This document shows positions 49,012-61,272 of a stretch of DNA of 64,000 bases, one piece after another. The stretch is taken from positions 7,849 to 71,848 of the forward strand of contig CAZWKL010000003.1 in assembly GCA_964633875.1 (NCBI GenBank). The letters run 5' to 3'. Within the stretch, counting starts at the first letter, position 1; each line of letters starts with the position of its first letter. The notes under the pieces were generated by a model that was given only the letters and a program-made list of their open reading frames with translations, did not search any database and was not told the DNA's origin. Both the position numbers and the translations under genes were made by a program. The DNA comes from an uncultured Pseudomonadales bacterium (GTDB lineage: Bacteria > Patescibacteriota > Microgenomatia > UBA1400 > PJMF01).

Positions 49012-49737
49012 TTTTTCTCCTCGCCCGCCCCGAGAGGGGCGGGCTTTCAGAAAACAATAAGACACCGCAACTCACAAGAATTATGTGAACTCCGGAGTCT
49101 TATTGTTTCGAGGAGATTTTTTTAGCCTAGCCTGTTAAAGAACTTATGGTCCTAAGCACAGCTCTAGCGCTAAGCACCATAACATCACTATAACAAAATA
49201 ATATAGGATAGTCAAGAATTACAAAAACACTTAATATTTGGGAGCTTTTGGCCGCCTCCTGTCTTTTTTTCAGTCCGCGGCACCCCATTTACTTTATACG
49301 GATTAATTCCGGCCTCTTTTAAATCTGCAACAGTTTTATCACTTCTTCTCCTATGACTACATCTACCAGGATGATGAGGATTATCATGATCAGGAGGCTC
49401 GCCATCTTTCTTGAGGATTTCAGACACAAAAACATTTTCTAGGGCAGGTTACAAATTATTCGTTATTTTTTTCAATTCCGGCCAATGCGGCTTGTTGTGC
49501 AAGATAATCTGCTATTTGCTTAGGTGTTGGAGTTTGCACCGCCTCCACACCTCTGATTGCAGCAGCCACTTGTTGAGAAGATGTGGGGCCGATTCCTAAA
49601 GCTTTCTCAGCGACTTCTTTTGGCGTGGGTATCGAAGGACTCTCAAACAAACTTCTCCTTAGGCTCACGCAGACTTTCCGTTGACAGGTACTTCACCCAA
49701 TATGTCAAATGTAAGAACAAAGGTCAATAGTAAAAGC

Positions 49738-51828
49738 TCAACTAAAAACAGCGATTAAAAACTCGACGTGGTCTGCCGGCTCGCCGCCAAGCAACTCAAA
49801 GCCTTCATAAATATCTTCCCGATTGACATTAGCGGCAAAAGCTTTGTCCTTGAGTTTTTTCTTGACAGATTTATACTCCATGCCCGTAAAACCATCGGGT
49901 CTCATCAAAGCATAAGCATGCAAAAATCCGGCCAGTTCGTCGCAGGCAAAGAGGTACCTTTCCAGCTGGGTCTCAGGCCGAACCCCAGTCCGGCTTGGCG
50001 CGTGGGCGGCAATAGCCTTTTTCATCTCTGTCGGGTACTCAGCTAAAATCTCCTCAAGAGCTTTTTTAGGATGTTCGTCGGGGTACATTTCCCAATCCAG
50101 GTCATGAAGCAAGCCTGTTTGGTACCATAATTCGGCATTCTGGCCTAGTTTTTGGGCATAGGTCTCCATAGCTTGGGCTACCATCCGGCAATGATGTCTC
50201 AAGGCCTCATTTTGAATGTATTTTTCCACAAGCGCTTCGGCCTCTTCTCGAGAAGGCAAGTTGCTCTCAGCAGCAGAATCCCTAAAGCTTTCAAGCAGCT
50301 CCGCGCCCAGATTATCATCATGAGCGCCTTCTTCCACCACTTGTGCCTGCCCGGCAGTGGCCGCTACCGACTCCTCAGCGTTTCGAATCGGCCGCAAAGT
50401 TGGGAAAGCAATCACTTCTTTAATGCTCCAGGTGTTGGTGAGGAACATGATCAGGCGGTCAATACCCACCCCAATGCCCCCAAGCGGCGGCATACCGTAC
50501 TCCATCGCCTCGAGAAAGTCTTCATCCAGCGGGTGAGCTTCCGTATCGCCGGCGCGCATGTTGCGCTGCTCTTTCTCAAAAATCTGACGCTGATCAACCG
50601 GATCCACAATCTCACTCCAGCCGTCGCACAACTCTTTACCGCCAATATATCCCTCAAACCGCTCCGCCATGGCCGGATTATGCCGGTGAGCCTTGGAAAG
50701 AGGACTGATTTCCCGCGGATAATCAATAATCCAGGTTGGCTCGATCATTTTGGGCGCGGCCAGAAGATCGAACAACTCAAACAACGCCTTGCCTCGGGAG
50801 TACTCGCCTTTAATGGTAATCTGGTGCTGGTTGAGCAAGTCGCGCACTGCCTCTTCGCTCAAACTTTCAAAATCAATTTCCGCCTTCACCCTGAGCGCAT
50901 CTTCCATCCTAATTCTGGGCCAGTCGTTGCCAATATCCAACTGCTCTTCGCCAATATTGAGCAAAGTGCTGCCATTGACCGCCCTAGCCAGGTGCTTAAA
51001 CATTTCTTCAGCCACATCCATCATCCGGTGATAATCGGCATAAGCCTCATACCACTCAATCATGGTAAATTCCGGCTGATGGGTTTGGTCGATGCCTTCA
51101 TTGCGAAAATTTCTGGCAATCTCAAAAACCTTGTCATAGCCGCCGACAATCAGGCGTTTCAAGTACAATTCAGGTGCAATGCGGAGATAAAACTCGGTAT
51201 CCAAAGCCTTCATGTGGGTGGTAAAAGGCGTGGCGTTGGTGCCGCCGTATAAAGGCTGCAAAATCGGCGTTTCTACCTCGGTAAAACCGTGCTGATCCTG
51301 CAGGTAGCGGCGGATTTCTTTGACAATCAACCACCGGGCATCCAGCACCCGGCGGGTTTCGGGGTTGAGCAACATATCAAGGTAGCGTTTGCGGAACCTG
51401 GTTTCTTTGTCTTCGGCCAGGTTGAACTCTGTTGGCAGCGGGCGCAAGGCTTTCGACAGCAACGTCACCTTTTCAGTCAAAATCGTCAACTCGCCGGTTT
51501 GGGTAGTAATGACTTGTCCAGTCACACCAATAAAATCACTCCGGTCCACAAACCCCAGCCACTCCCAGACTTCCGGCTCAACCTCTTCTTGGCGCACCAT
51601 CACTTGAATGGAGCCGGAAAAATCCTGCAGATCCATGAAAAGCACCTTGCCATGAGTGCGATAGCCCATCACCCGGCCGGCGGTTTGTACCTCATCACCC
51701 TCCATATTTCTGGTTTCGGCAATGGAATGAGTCTTATCGTAGGAATAAGGATGAACATTAAGACCGCGCTGTTCTAGCTGAGCACGTTTTTCTTTTTTGG
51801 CTTGAATGGCCTCGTCGATTCGGGACAT
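49738..51828 (-). CDS. lysS: lysyl-tRNA synthetase (class II) with an additional C-terminal HD-domain of about 200 aa
   Basis: N-terminal OB anticodon-binding domain and class II core (…FRNEG…, …GGIGVGIDRLIMFLT…), followed by ...RHHCRMVAQAMETY...TGLLHDLDW...HAPSRTG... (H..H...HD...H...D metal-dependent phosphohydrolase signature). Confidence 0.85.
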   Translation of the reverse strand: MSRIDEAIQAKKEKRAQLEQRGLNVHPYSYDKTHSIAETRNMEGDEVQTAGRVMGYRTHGKVLFMDLQDFSGSIQVMVRQEEVEPEVWEWLGFVDRSDFIGVTGQVITTQTGELTILTEKVTLLSKALRPLPTEFNLAEDKETRFRKRYLDMLLNPETRRVLDARWLIVKEIRRYLQDQHGFTEVETPILQPLYGGTNATPFTTHMKALDTEFYLRIAPELYLKRLIVGGYDKVFEIARNFRNEGIDQTHQPEFTMIEWYEAYADYHRMMDVAEEMFKHLARAVNGSTLLNIGEEQLDIGNDWPRIRMEDALRVKAEIDFESLSEEAVRDLLNQHQITIKGEYSRGKALFELFDLLAAPKMIEPTWIIDYPREISPLSKAHRHNPAMAERFEGYIGGKELCDGWSEIVDPVDQRQIFEKEQRNMRAGDTEAHPLDEDFLEAMEYGMPPLGGIGVGIDRLIMFLTNTWSIKEVIAFPTLRPIRNAEESVAATAGQAQVVEEGAHDDNLGAELLESFRDSAAESNLPSREEAEALVEKYIQNEALRHHCRMVAQAMETYAQKLGQNAELWYQTGLLHDLDWEMYPDEHPKKALEEILAEYPTEMKKAIAAHAPSRTGVRPETQLERYLFACDELAGFLHAYALMRPDGFTGMEYKSVKKKLKDKAFAANVNREDIYEGFELLGGEPADHVEFLIAVFS

Positions 51829-51919
51829 GGTGTTTTTCTCCTACAGTGATATTGTACACACTTTTGAGTACAAAAAAACCCAACCCCTCAATACTGATGA
51901 AGGGATTGGGAGTTTAAAA

Positions 51920-52420
51920 TCACTTAATTTCTACGATTTGGTAGGTGGTGGAGCCACCCGGGGCTTTGACCACAGCTTCCCCGCCAACTTTTTTGCCGAC
52001 CAAAGCTTTGCCCAAAGGGGAAACATTGGAAATTTTATCTTCCGCGGGGTCTGCTTCAAACTCGCCGACAATTTGGACAACTCTGGTTTTTTTGTTGCCT
52101 TTTTTCTGAATCTTGACTTTTGAACCCATGCCGATGGTAGTGGTGCTTCTGGTGTTTTGCACTACTTTGGCGTTGGCGATAATTTCTTCGATGTCTTCAA
52201 TTCTGGTTTCAACGAAGCGCTGCTCATCTTTGGCGTCGTGATACTCGGCATTTTCTGACAAATCGCCGTACTCGCGAGCTTCGGTGACACGTTTGATCAC
52301 TGCAGGCAGCTTGACCTCTTTAAGCTCTTTAAGCTCATTTTTGAGATCCTGCAGTCCCTCTTGGGTGACTTCAGTTGGTTTCCTGCCGTTAGTAGTATTA
52401 TTGCTTAGGTCGTTTGTCAT
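51920..52420 (-). CDS. greA: transcription elongation factor GreA
   Basis: ...EAREYGDLSENAEYHDAKDEQRFVETRIEDIEE... GreA coiled-coil tip and FKBP-like C-terminal domain. Confidence 0.8.
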   Translation of the reverse strand: MTNDLSNNTTNGRKPTEVTQEGLQDLKNELKELKEVKLPAVIKRVTEAREYGDLSENAEYHDAKDEQRFVETRIEDIEEIIANAKVVQNTRSTTTIGMGSKVKIQKKGNKKTRVVQIVGEFEADPAEDKISNVSPLGKALVGKKVGGEAVVKAPGGSTTYQIVEIK

Positions 52421-52490
52421 ACGCGGTATAGTATAAAGAAATTTTTTTTCTGAGCAAGCGTTACAAGCTCTTACAAGACTAAATTGGGGG

Positions 52491-52913
52491 TTAAAGTGAG
52501 GATCTTTTTGTCCTTTGGGCGAGTTTAATTTCCCACATGGCTTTACGCATAGCTGCCTCTGCCTGGATCAGCTCCCTCTGGCTGGCGGTTTTATCATGGA
52601 TTTTAGCTTCAGCTTCTTCAATGGCTTTTTGCGCTTTCTCAACACTAATATCTCTCTCAAGTACGGCCGCATCTACCATCACTGTTACTTCATTGTTGGG
52701 GCTGACGGTAATAAAACCTTTGGAAACAACCAGATTATTTTCCGTGCCGTTGGTGGTGTAGCGCAACACACCCTCATCTAGCCTGGTAAAAAGCGGGGCG
52801 TGATAAGGCAGGACTGTAATTTCCCCCATCGAGGCTGGGGCAATCACTTGACTGACGGTGGTATCTACCAGTTGTTTTTCCTGGGAGACGATTTTTAATT
52901 TTAAGTCTGCCAT
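52491..52913 (-). CDS. atpC: F1 ATP synthase epsilon subunit
   Basis: Operon position and ...VIAPASMGEITVLPYHAPLFTRLDEGVLRY... Confidence 0.85.
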   Translation of the reverse strand: MADLKLKIVSQEKQLVDTTVSQVIAPASMGEITVLPYHAPLFTRLDEGVLRYTTNGTENNLVVSKGFITVSPNNEVTVMVDAAVLERDISVEKAQKAIEEAEAKIHDKTASQRELIQAEAAMRKAMWEIKLAQRTKRSSL

Positions 52914-52946
52914 TTTGTCATCTTTTTAACGCCAATGCGCCAATAC

Positions 52947-55236
<2,290 letters not shown>

Positions 55237-55244
55237 GAGTTAAA

Positions 55245-56780
55245 TTAAATTGCGACTTCTTCTAGTTCAGGATTAACTTCATTGAAGGAAGCCACTGCTT
55301 TTTCAAGTAGTTCTTTGTTTTCGTCAGAAAGTATTTTTTCTTTGGCAATAGTTTCTAAAAGCTCGTCGTGACTGCTGTGCATATATTCCAGGAATTCTTT
55401 TTCCCATTTCTGAATGTCATCAACGGCGATTTTGTCCAAATGACCGTTGACGGCGGCGTAAATTACCACCACCTGCTCTTCAACTTTGAGCGGCTGATCC
55501 CAACCTTGCTTGAGAATCGAATTGACTCTTTCTCCTCTTTCAAGTTGAGCTTTGGTGCGGTCGTCGAGGTCGGAACTAAACTGCGCGAAAGCCTGTAACT
55601 CCCGGAATTGCGCTAAGTCAAGTTTCATGGTCCCGGCTACTTGTTTCATGGCTTTAACTTGAGCAGCTGAACCCACCCGGGATACAGAAAGACCGACGTT
55701 GATGGCGGGCTTCATACCGGCATTGAAGAGGTCGGATTCCAGGTAAATTTGGCCGTCAGTAATGGAGATAACGTTGGTGGGGATGTAGGCAGAGACGTCG
55801 TTGGCTTGAGTTTCAATGATAGGCAAGGCAGTAATGGAGCCACCACCATGGTCTTTGTTCAGTTTGGCCGCTCTTTCGAGCAAGCGGGAGTGAAGATAAA
55901 AAACATCGCCCGGATAAGCTTCACGACCGGAAGGACGCCTTAACAGCAGGGAAATTTCCCGGTAGGCTCTGGCATGTTTGGAAAGATCGTCATAAATAAT
56001 TAAAACATCTTTGCCTTGGTGCATGAAGTACTCAGCAATGGCAGCGCCGGTGTACGGAGCTAAGAACTGCTCGGCTGCCGACACCGAGGCGGTAGCGGCC
56101 ACAATGATTGAGTAGTCGAGCGCACCCTGGTTGTCCAAAGTTTGCATAATCTGCGCCAAAGATGACCTTTTTTGGCCAATTGACACATAAATGCAAATAA
56201 CATCTTGGTCGTTTTGGTTGAGAATGGTGCCGAGCGCCACGGCGGTTTTTCCGGTGGAGCGGTCACCGATAATCAGCTCACGCTGACCCCGGCCAATTGG
56301 AATCATGGCATCAACCGCTTTGATCCCAGTTTGCAGCGGTTGATTAACCGATTGCCTCATCATAATGCCGGGGGCCGTAGCCTCCAAAAGCATATACTTG
56401 TCTACTTTGATATCTGGGCCACCGTCTTGAACGCGCCCAAGAGCATCAACCACTCTGCCGATGATATCGTCAGAAACACCAACAGACAGAATCCGGCCGG
56501 TTCTTTTGACGGTAGAGCCTGCCTTGAGATGATTGGCATCACCCAAAGCGACAATTCCGGTTTCAGCCTTTTCTAAGTTGAGCGCCAAGCCGTAAACATT
56601 ATTGCCCAGATCTACCAACTCACTGGCTTGCACATCATCCAGGCCTTCAACTCTCACTACGCCGTCACCGTATGACAAAACAGTGCCCACAGATTGGGGT
56701 TCGACGGCAACAGTGTCCTCAGAAATAAGTTGTGCTAATGAGTGATTGAATAACGCTGATTTTTGTTTTTTCATGAACAA
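55245..56780 (-). CDS. atpA: F1 ATP synthase alpha subunit
   Basis: [13 protein letters not shown]-loop and full alpha pattern. Confidence 0.95.
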   Translation of the reverse strand: MFMKKQKSALFNHSLAQLISEDTVAVEPQSVGTVLSYGDGVVRVEGLDDVQASELVDLGNNVYGLALNLEKAETGIVALGDANHLKAGSTVKRTGRILSVGVSDDIIGRVVDALGRVQDGGPDIKVDKYMLLEATAPGIMMRQSVNQPLQTGIKAVDAMIPIGRGQRELIIGDRSTGKTAVALGTILNQNDQDVICIYVSIGQKRSSLAQIMQTLDNQGALDYSIIVAATASVSAAEQFLAPYTGAAIAEYFMHQGKDVLIIYDDLSKHARAYREISLLLRRPSGREAYPGDVFYLHSRLLERAAKLNKDHGGGSITALPIIETQANDVSAYIPTNVISITDGQIYLESDLFNAGMKPAINVGLSVSRVGSAAQVKAMKQVAGTMKLDLAQFRELQAFAQFSSDLDDRTKAQLERGERVNSILKQGWDQPLKVEEQVVVIYAAVNGHLDKIAVDDIQKWEKEFLEYMHSSHDELLETIAKEKILSDENKELLEKAVASFNEVNPELEEVAI

Positions 56781-56811
56781 ACTCGTCTCTTCAACTAGTT
56801 ATTATTTAAAT

Positions 56812-57045
56812 TTAAAGGTTTTCCAAAAGGTGTGTGCGCAGCTGATTGAGTTTGCCTTGGATAGAGGCGTCGTATTCCACTGTTTGAATGTGGAGTTTTA
56901 TGCCGCCAATCAAGCTTTTGTCAACTTTGGCCTCTACCAGCACCTTAGTATCTGGATATTTCTTTTCTACTGCCTGCTTAATTTTGCTCAGCTGATCATT
57001 TGATAATTTGGTGGCAGAGCTGGCTTTGACTGAAAGGTTTTTCAT
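56812..57045 (-). CDS. atpH: ATP synthase delta (OSCP) subunit, unusually short (77 aa; C-terminal domain only)
   Basis: Operon position between b and alpha. ...KVDKSLIGGIKLHIQTVEYDASIQGKLNQL resembles the delta C-terminal segment. Confidence 0.5.
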   Translation of the reverse strand: MKNLSVKASSATKLSNDQLSKIKQAVEKKYPDTKVLVEAKVDKSLIGGIKLHIQTVEYDASIQGKLNQLRTHLLENL

Positions 57046-57048
57046 AAC

Positions 57049-57534
57049 TTAAATTTGTTTCAACAATTTGTTAAGTTCGGCGTCAATAAGCTGAGCGTCT
57101 TTTTTGGCGTCAAGGGTTTGTAGGGTCAGTGATCGGGTTGCTTGCACCACTGCCTCCACCAACTCAACTCTCACGTCTTTGATTAACTGAGCTTTTTCGT
57201 CTTCCCCGGCTTTGCGAATTTTTTCTACCTCTGCCTGAGCTTCTTTTCTAGCCTCAGCCAGAATCTCTTGTTTTTTGGCTTTAGCTTCTTCAGTGGCTTC
57301 TTCAAGCATTTGCGCCCGCTCTTTTTTGAGCTTGGTTTGCATGTCTTTGCGCATTTGATCAAGATTCTCGTGTTTTTTGATGGCTTCTTCGGCTGCCTTT
57401 TGACCTTCCTCAATTCTTTGCGCCCGTTCGTCAAAAATTTTCAGAACCGGCTTGTAAAGAAGGAATGTTAGCGCCCCGACAACTACGCCAAAGTTGATTA
57501 TTTGGAAAATTATTTGGGCTAATTGGATGTCCAT
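57049..57534 (-). CDS. atpF: Fo ATP synthase b subunit
   Basis: N-terminal TM helix plus long charged coiled coil; operon position. Confidence 0.75.
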   Translation of the reverse strand: MDIQLAQIIFQIINFGVVVGALTFLLYKPVLKIFDERAQRIEEGQKAAEEAIKKHENLDQMRKDMQTKLKKERAQMLEEATEEAKAKKQEILAEARKEAQAEVEKIRKAGEDEKAQLIKDVRVELVEAVVQATRSLTLQTLDAKKDAQLIDAELNKLLKQI

Positions 57535-57573
57535 AGCTTATCTTTCTCTGGTAGTACCTTACTATCTTTTGCT

Positions 57574-57789
57574 TTAAACGAACTTGAGGATTAAAGCGAC
57601 CACAAGAGCATAAATGGCAATGGCTTCAGCGAAAGCAATACCAAGAATCATGTTGGTCTGGATTTTTCCTGATGCTTCCGGATTGCGGCCGATGGCTTTC
57701 AAACCGCTATAAACAATCATACCGATACTGAAAGCAGGACCAATGCCACCAATTGCCATCACCATAGCGATTGCGAATTCTGTTGTCAT
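57574..57789 (-). CDS. atpE: Fo ATP synthase c subunit
   Basis: Two TM hairpin with GRNPE loop and ...[15 protein letters not shown]. Confidence 0.85.
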   Translation of the reverse strand: MTTEFAIAMVMAIGGIGPAFSIGMIVYSGLKAIGRNPEASGKIQTNMILGIAFAEAIAIYALVVALILKFV

Positions 57790-57814
57790 AATTTCTCCCT
57801 TTTATAATAAATAC

Positions 57815-58648
57815 TTAATGATCATCATGGCTTTGGGTTGCCATATTAAAAAATACGAGTGACAGCATCGCGAACACAAGAGCCTGGATGAAGCCGACAA
57901 AAAGCTCAAGGCCATAAAATGGCATTGGCACAATGATCGGAACCAGGAAGGCGATAACTACCAAAAGTACTTCTCCGGCAAAAATATTTCCGAATAAACG
58001 GAAGGCAAACGAGATGATCTTAGCAAATTCCGAGATCAATTCCAGAATACCCACAAAAAACATGATCGGGTTGGTGAAATTAAAGAATTTCTTGAAATAA
58101 CCCAGGCTTTGGGCCTGAATGCCAAATATTTGCGTCGCAAAAACTGAGAAAATGGCCAAAGCAATGGTGGTGTTGAGATCAGCTGTGCCGGGGCGGAAAA
58201 CCGGCACTTTAATCAAGTGAGGCTCTGCTTCAGTTTCTGGCTCTAGTTCTAGCTCCTGGGCATAAGCGGCATTGACGGTAGTGGCAGCAATGGGCTCCTG
58301 TTCATGAACAACACTAATAGTGCCAACACCAGGCACTAAACCCAACCAGTTATTGAGAGCAATCCAGAGGAAAAAGGTGGTTACTAAGGGCAAAAAAAGA
58401 CGGGTCTTTTTGAAGTTGCCCGTCACTGAGTAGATAAAGTTTTGAAATGTTTCTACCAGCCATTCGGCGAAGTTTTGCATTCCCTTTGGCTTGTCTGTTT
58501 GCTTAAGTTGGCTATTGGCGATAATTGCAAAAAGGATGAGGATGGTACTGACTATCAAACTTGTGAAAATGGAGTTAGTGACTGCAAACCCGCCAATTGT
58601 CGCGATTGGCTCAGCGGAAATTGAGATATGAAGTCCTTGAGCGGCCAT
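57815..58648 (-). CDS. atpB: Fo ATP synthase a subunit
   Basis: ...FRLFGNIFAGEVLL... conserved a-subunit Arg region. Confidence 0.85.
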   Translation of the reverse strand: MAAQGLHISISAEPIATIGGFAVTNSIFTSLIVSTILILFAIIANSQLKQTDKPKGMQNFAEWLVETFQNFIYSVTGNFKKTRLFLPLVTTFFLWIALNNWLGLVPGVGTISVVHEQEPIAATTVNAAYAQELELEPETEAEPHLIKVPVFRPGTADLNTTIALAIFSVFATQIFGIQAQSLGYFKKFFNFTNPIMFFVGILELISEFAKIISFAFRLFGNIFAGEVLLVVIAFLVPIIVPMPFYGLELFVGFIQALVFAMLSLVFFNMATQSHDDH

Positions 58649-58805
58649 GTTGATATGTTTCTATTTACAAATAATACACAAGAGTCAAGCCAACAAATTG
58701 AATTATAACGGCCTTTTTTGTTGTGACAAGTAACAAATTCTTCGAGTGTAATACTATTTTACGAGCTCGAAGTTTGTCAAAGTGAACACATTTTTTACTC
58801 AGTTA

Positions 58806-60617
58806 TCAATTTGTATCAGCCAAAACTATCACAGCGTCGTGTGTTCCTCTGGCGTCCTCTTGACCCGGGTCTGTATCTGCTAAATAGGTCAGGTTCAGCC
58901 CGGTAGCTTCTTCTAGCGCTGCTATTAAGGCTGAATTTTCCTCTTCCATCAGCAGGTAATATCCTGAGTCATAGTCGCCACTGGCGTTACTGGCGGTGAC
59001 AGTACCAAAGCCGGCCTCATCCAGGTCTGCCTTGACAGTGCCAGCGTATCCGGCTCTGGTAGTGGCGTTGACCACCATGATGTTGTAATCGGCGTTATTG
59101 ATTGCTTCGGGCGTAGGCTCCGGAGTTGGTTCTGGTGTCGGCGCTGGCTCTTCAACCGTGGGGGTAGGTGTAGGCGCGGGAGTAGTCCCGTTGTTGGCAA
59201 CAGAGAGCAGTCCAAGTCCAACCCCAATGCCAATTGCTACAGTCGCAGCGAAAACTGCTAGGGTAATGAAAACCATTTTTAGCATATTACCTATACCTGA
59301 TGAATTTTTAATAATATCTTTTTTTGGCGCGGGTTTGGTGATGGGGGCGTCGGGCTGTTTTTCATCTTGATCGCCGTCGGCTTTTTGGACGAATTGAGAG
59401 AGATCAACTTCTTCGGGACTAGGTGTTGGTGAAGTGAGTGGAGGCGGAGCAGCAGCGGATGCACCGGGTTTGATGGTGTCGGTAGCGGCGGCCCCAGCGG
59501 CTTTTGAGTCCGGGGTTGGTTCCGCTTCTGGTTCTGCGGCTGTCTCGGTTTCTGCTTCCGGCTCAGGAGCGGTTTCAAGCTCCTCTACCTCAAGTTCTTC
59601 CTCGTCTTCATCTTCATTTGAAACCGGTGATAGCGGTGTGGCGGCCGGTGTGACCGGGATTGGTTTAGGCAGGTCTTGATCTTTCATTTCTACTGCTTCC
59701 TCCTCGTCTGCTGCTTCTTGGGAAGGCAAATCTTCTACTGATTCGGTAATAAATGCCTTTAATTCTTCCTGAGTTGCTTCTCCCGGTTTAAATATCGGCA
59801 CGGGATAATCTTTAATGGAAAGAGTTTTCATGCCCGATTCGATGATTTGTTTGACGTAAGATGGCATTTTCGAGTCGTCATCCACGGCGCTGGTGAGCTG
59901 CTGGAGAGGTACAGTATCACTCAGCTCTTCTTTGAGTTTTTCTTCGACCATATCATTAACCAGCAAATAAACTGTTTGGATGGTAGGCTCTGCCCCCTTG
60001 AGGGTTTTAATGGTTTCAGCAATGGCCTCCGCTTCGCTCACAGGAGCAATGGTGGCTTGATCGATGCCGATATAGTGCAGTGAGCTGTAAAGTTGAGAGC
60101 CAATCTGTAGCACGCTGATTGAAGGCTCGAGAGAAATGATTGATTTAGTAGTCCAGCTGAGGGGCGCCACGCCGGTGATTTTAACGTCAGCGTTTTTGCT
60201 GGCTGCCCGGATTGGGCCGAGGACTGATTTTTCGATGGCAGAAAGCTGAACTTTGGAAACGCCCTTGAACTCGGTCAGGACAAAAGACTCGATGTCATGA
60301 GTGTCGGGCGTGATTTCCAGTTCCGGCAACAGTTTGGTTTTGAGGTAGTCCTGGATTTTGCTATCGCTGGTTTCTTCGATATTAATGATAGTGTTGGTAA
60401 AAAGAAAATCCGGCAGGATCAGCAAATAATCTTCCGGCTCTATTTTGCCAAAAAGTTTAACCACATTTTCGGCGATGAACTCATTTTCATCCAAAAACTC
60501 GCCGTTGACTTGCCTGAAAGACTGGATAGAAAAATTATGCTCTTTTTTGCCCGGAAGCAACTCAGCTATGTAAGCCACATCAGGTAAAATATAAAGCAGT
60601 TTTTTAGTATTAAGCAT
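58806..60617 (-). CDS. membrane protein with N-terminal cytoplasmic domain, Pro/Glu/Thr-rich linkers and C-terminal LytR_C-like domain
   Basis: Single TM (MVFITLAVFAATVAIGIGVGL). C-terminal NIMVVNATTRAGYAGTVKADLDEAGF...YYLLM resembles LytR_C. The N-terminal domain is vaguely PilM/actin-like. Start adjusted to the MLNTKK Met. Confidence 0.45.
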   Translation of the reverse strand: MLNTKKLLYILPDVAYIAELLPGKKEHNFSIQSFRQVNGEFLDENEFIAENVVKLFGKIEPEDYLLILPDFLFTNTIINIEETSDSKIQDYLKTKLLPELEITPDTHDIESFVLTEFKGVSKVQLSAIEKSVLGPIRAASKNADVKITGVAPLSWTTKSIISLEPSISVLQIGSQLYSSLHYIGIDQATIAPVSEAEAIAETIKTLKGAEPTIQTVYLLVNDMVEEKLKEELSDTVPLQQLTSAVDDDSKMPSYVKQIIESGMKTLSIKDYPVPIFKPGEATQEELKAFITESVEDLPSQEAADEEEAVEMKDQDLPKPIPVTPAATPLSPVSNEDEDEEELEVEELETAPEPEAETETAAEPEAEPTPDSKAAGAAATDTIKPGASAAAPPPLTSPTPSPEEVDLSQFVQKADGDQDEKQPDAPITKPAPKKDIIKNSSGIGNMLKMVFITLAVFAATVAIGIGVGLGLLSVANNGTTPAPTPTPTVEEPAPTPEPTPEPTPEAINNADYNIMVVNATTRAGYAGTVKADLDEAGFGTVTASNASGDYDSGYYLLMEEENSALIAALEEATGLNLTYLADTDPGQEDARGTHDAVIVLADTN

Positions 60618-60834
60618 GCGATTAGTCTTATTATAGCGATTAAACCACTGCGCTGCTACCAGCACATTAAACTGCTTTTAGTATGAGAAGAAACTCCTCT
60701 TTTGGCAAGATGTAGATGCTCTGGTATAATTCTGCACATTGATCAGCTTCTCACAATCACCCAGCTTTGCTGAAAAGTGATTGTTCGAATCCAATCAATA
60801 TGCAGATTCATGATAGAATTTTTGTATGATACGG

Positions 60835-60908
60835 GGGTCCGTAGCTCAGTCGGTTAGAGCGACAGCCTTTTAAGCTGTGCGTCCCGGGTTCGAGTCCCGG
60901 CGGACCCA
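60835..60908 (+). tRNA. tRNA-Lys (anticodon TTT)
   Basis: GGGTCCGTAGCTCAGTCGGTTAGAGCGACAGCCTTTTAAGCTGTGCGTCCCGGGTTCGAGTCCCGGCGGACCCA; anticodon loop CUUUUAA. Confidence 0.85.
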
Positions 60909-60952
60909 CAAACCATGCTTTTAGGTCAAGATTGTGCTATAATTAAACTATT

Positions 60953-61228
60953 ATGGTAAATAATCTTGAACAATTTAGGTCAGATACTAGGTCAGATACG
61001 TCAGAACATTGTTCTTTCAAGACAGGAGAAGAGTTTGTCGCCAACTGTCCCCCAGGAACGTTTGTTAATTTTCGCGGCAACATGGTTCCCACTTTAGATG
61101 GTGAAGTTTATAATGATCCAAATTCAAAGTATGTTTGGCTTCGTGTTGGTACTACGAAAACGCTTGTGCCTTGGGCAGCAGTATCCGTTGCTCCTCATCA
61201 ATCTGAGTCATTTTTAAAGTTCAACTAG
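60953..61228 (+). CDS. hypothetical protein
   Basis: 91 aa ORF; no motif. Confidence 0.3.
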   Translation: MVNNLEQFRSDTRSDTSEHCSFKTGEEFVANCPPGTFVNFRGNMVPTLDGEVYNDPNSKYVWLRVGTTKTLVPWAAVSVAPHQSESFLKFN

Positions 61229-61272
61229 TTTTTTCTGCGAACCATTTTTCGTGATATGATTTGAGAGGTAAT

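Noticed and set aside
48590-49030. Possible RNase P RNA, tmRNA, SRP or 6S RNA in the GC-rich segment
   Set aside because: No GGAAAGUCCGG/P4 sequences, no tmRNA tRNA-like ends or tag ORF, and no SRP domain IV motif could be found on either strand; left as an unexplained GC-rich insert.
50152-51252. 366 aa + strand ORF
   Set aside because: Antisense within lysS, which has unmistakable class II motifs; long antisense ORFs of this kind are common in GC-balanced genes.
59098-59679. + strand ORFs of 81-90 aa rich in Gly/Ser/Ala
   Set aside because: Antisense translations of the Pro/Glu/Thr-rich low-complexity linker of the 58806..60617 gene.
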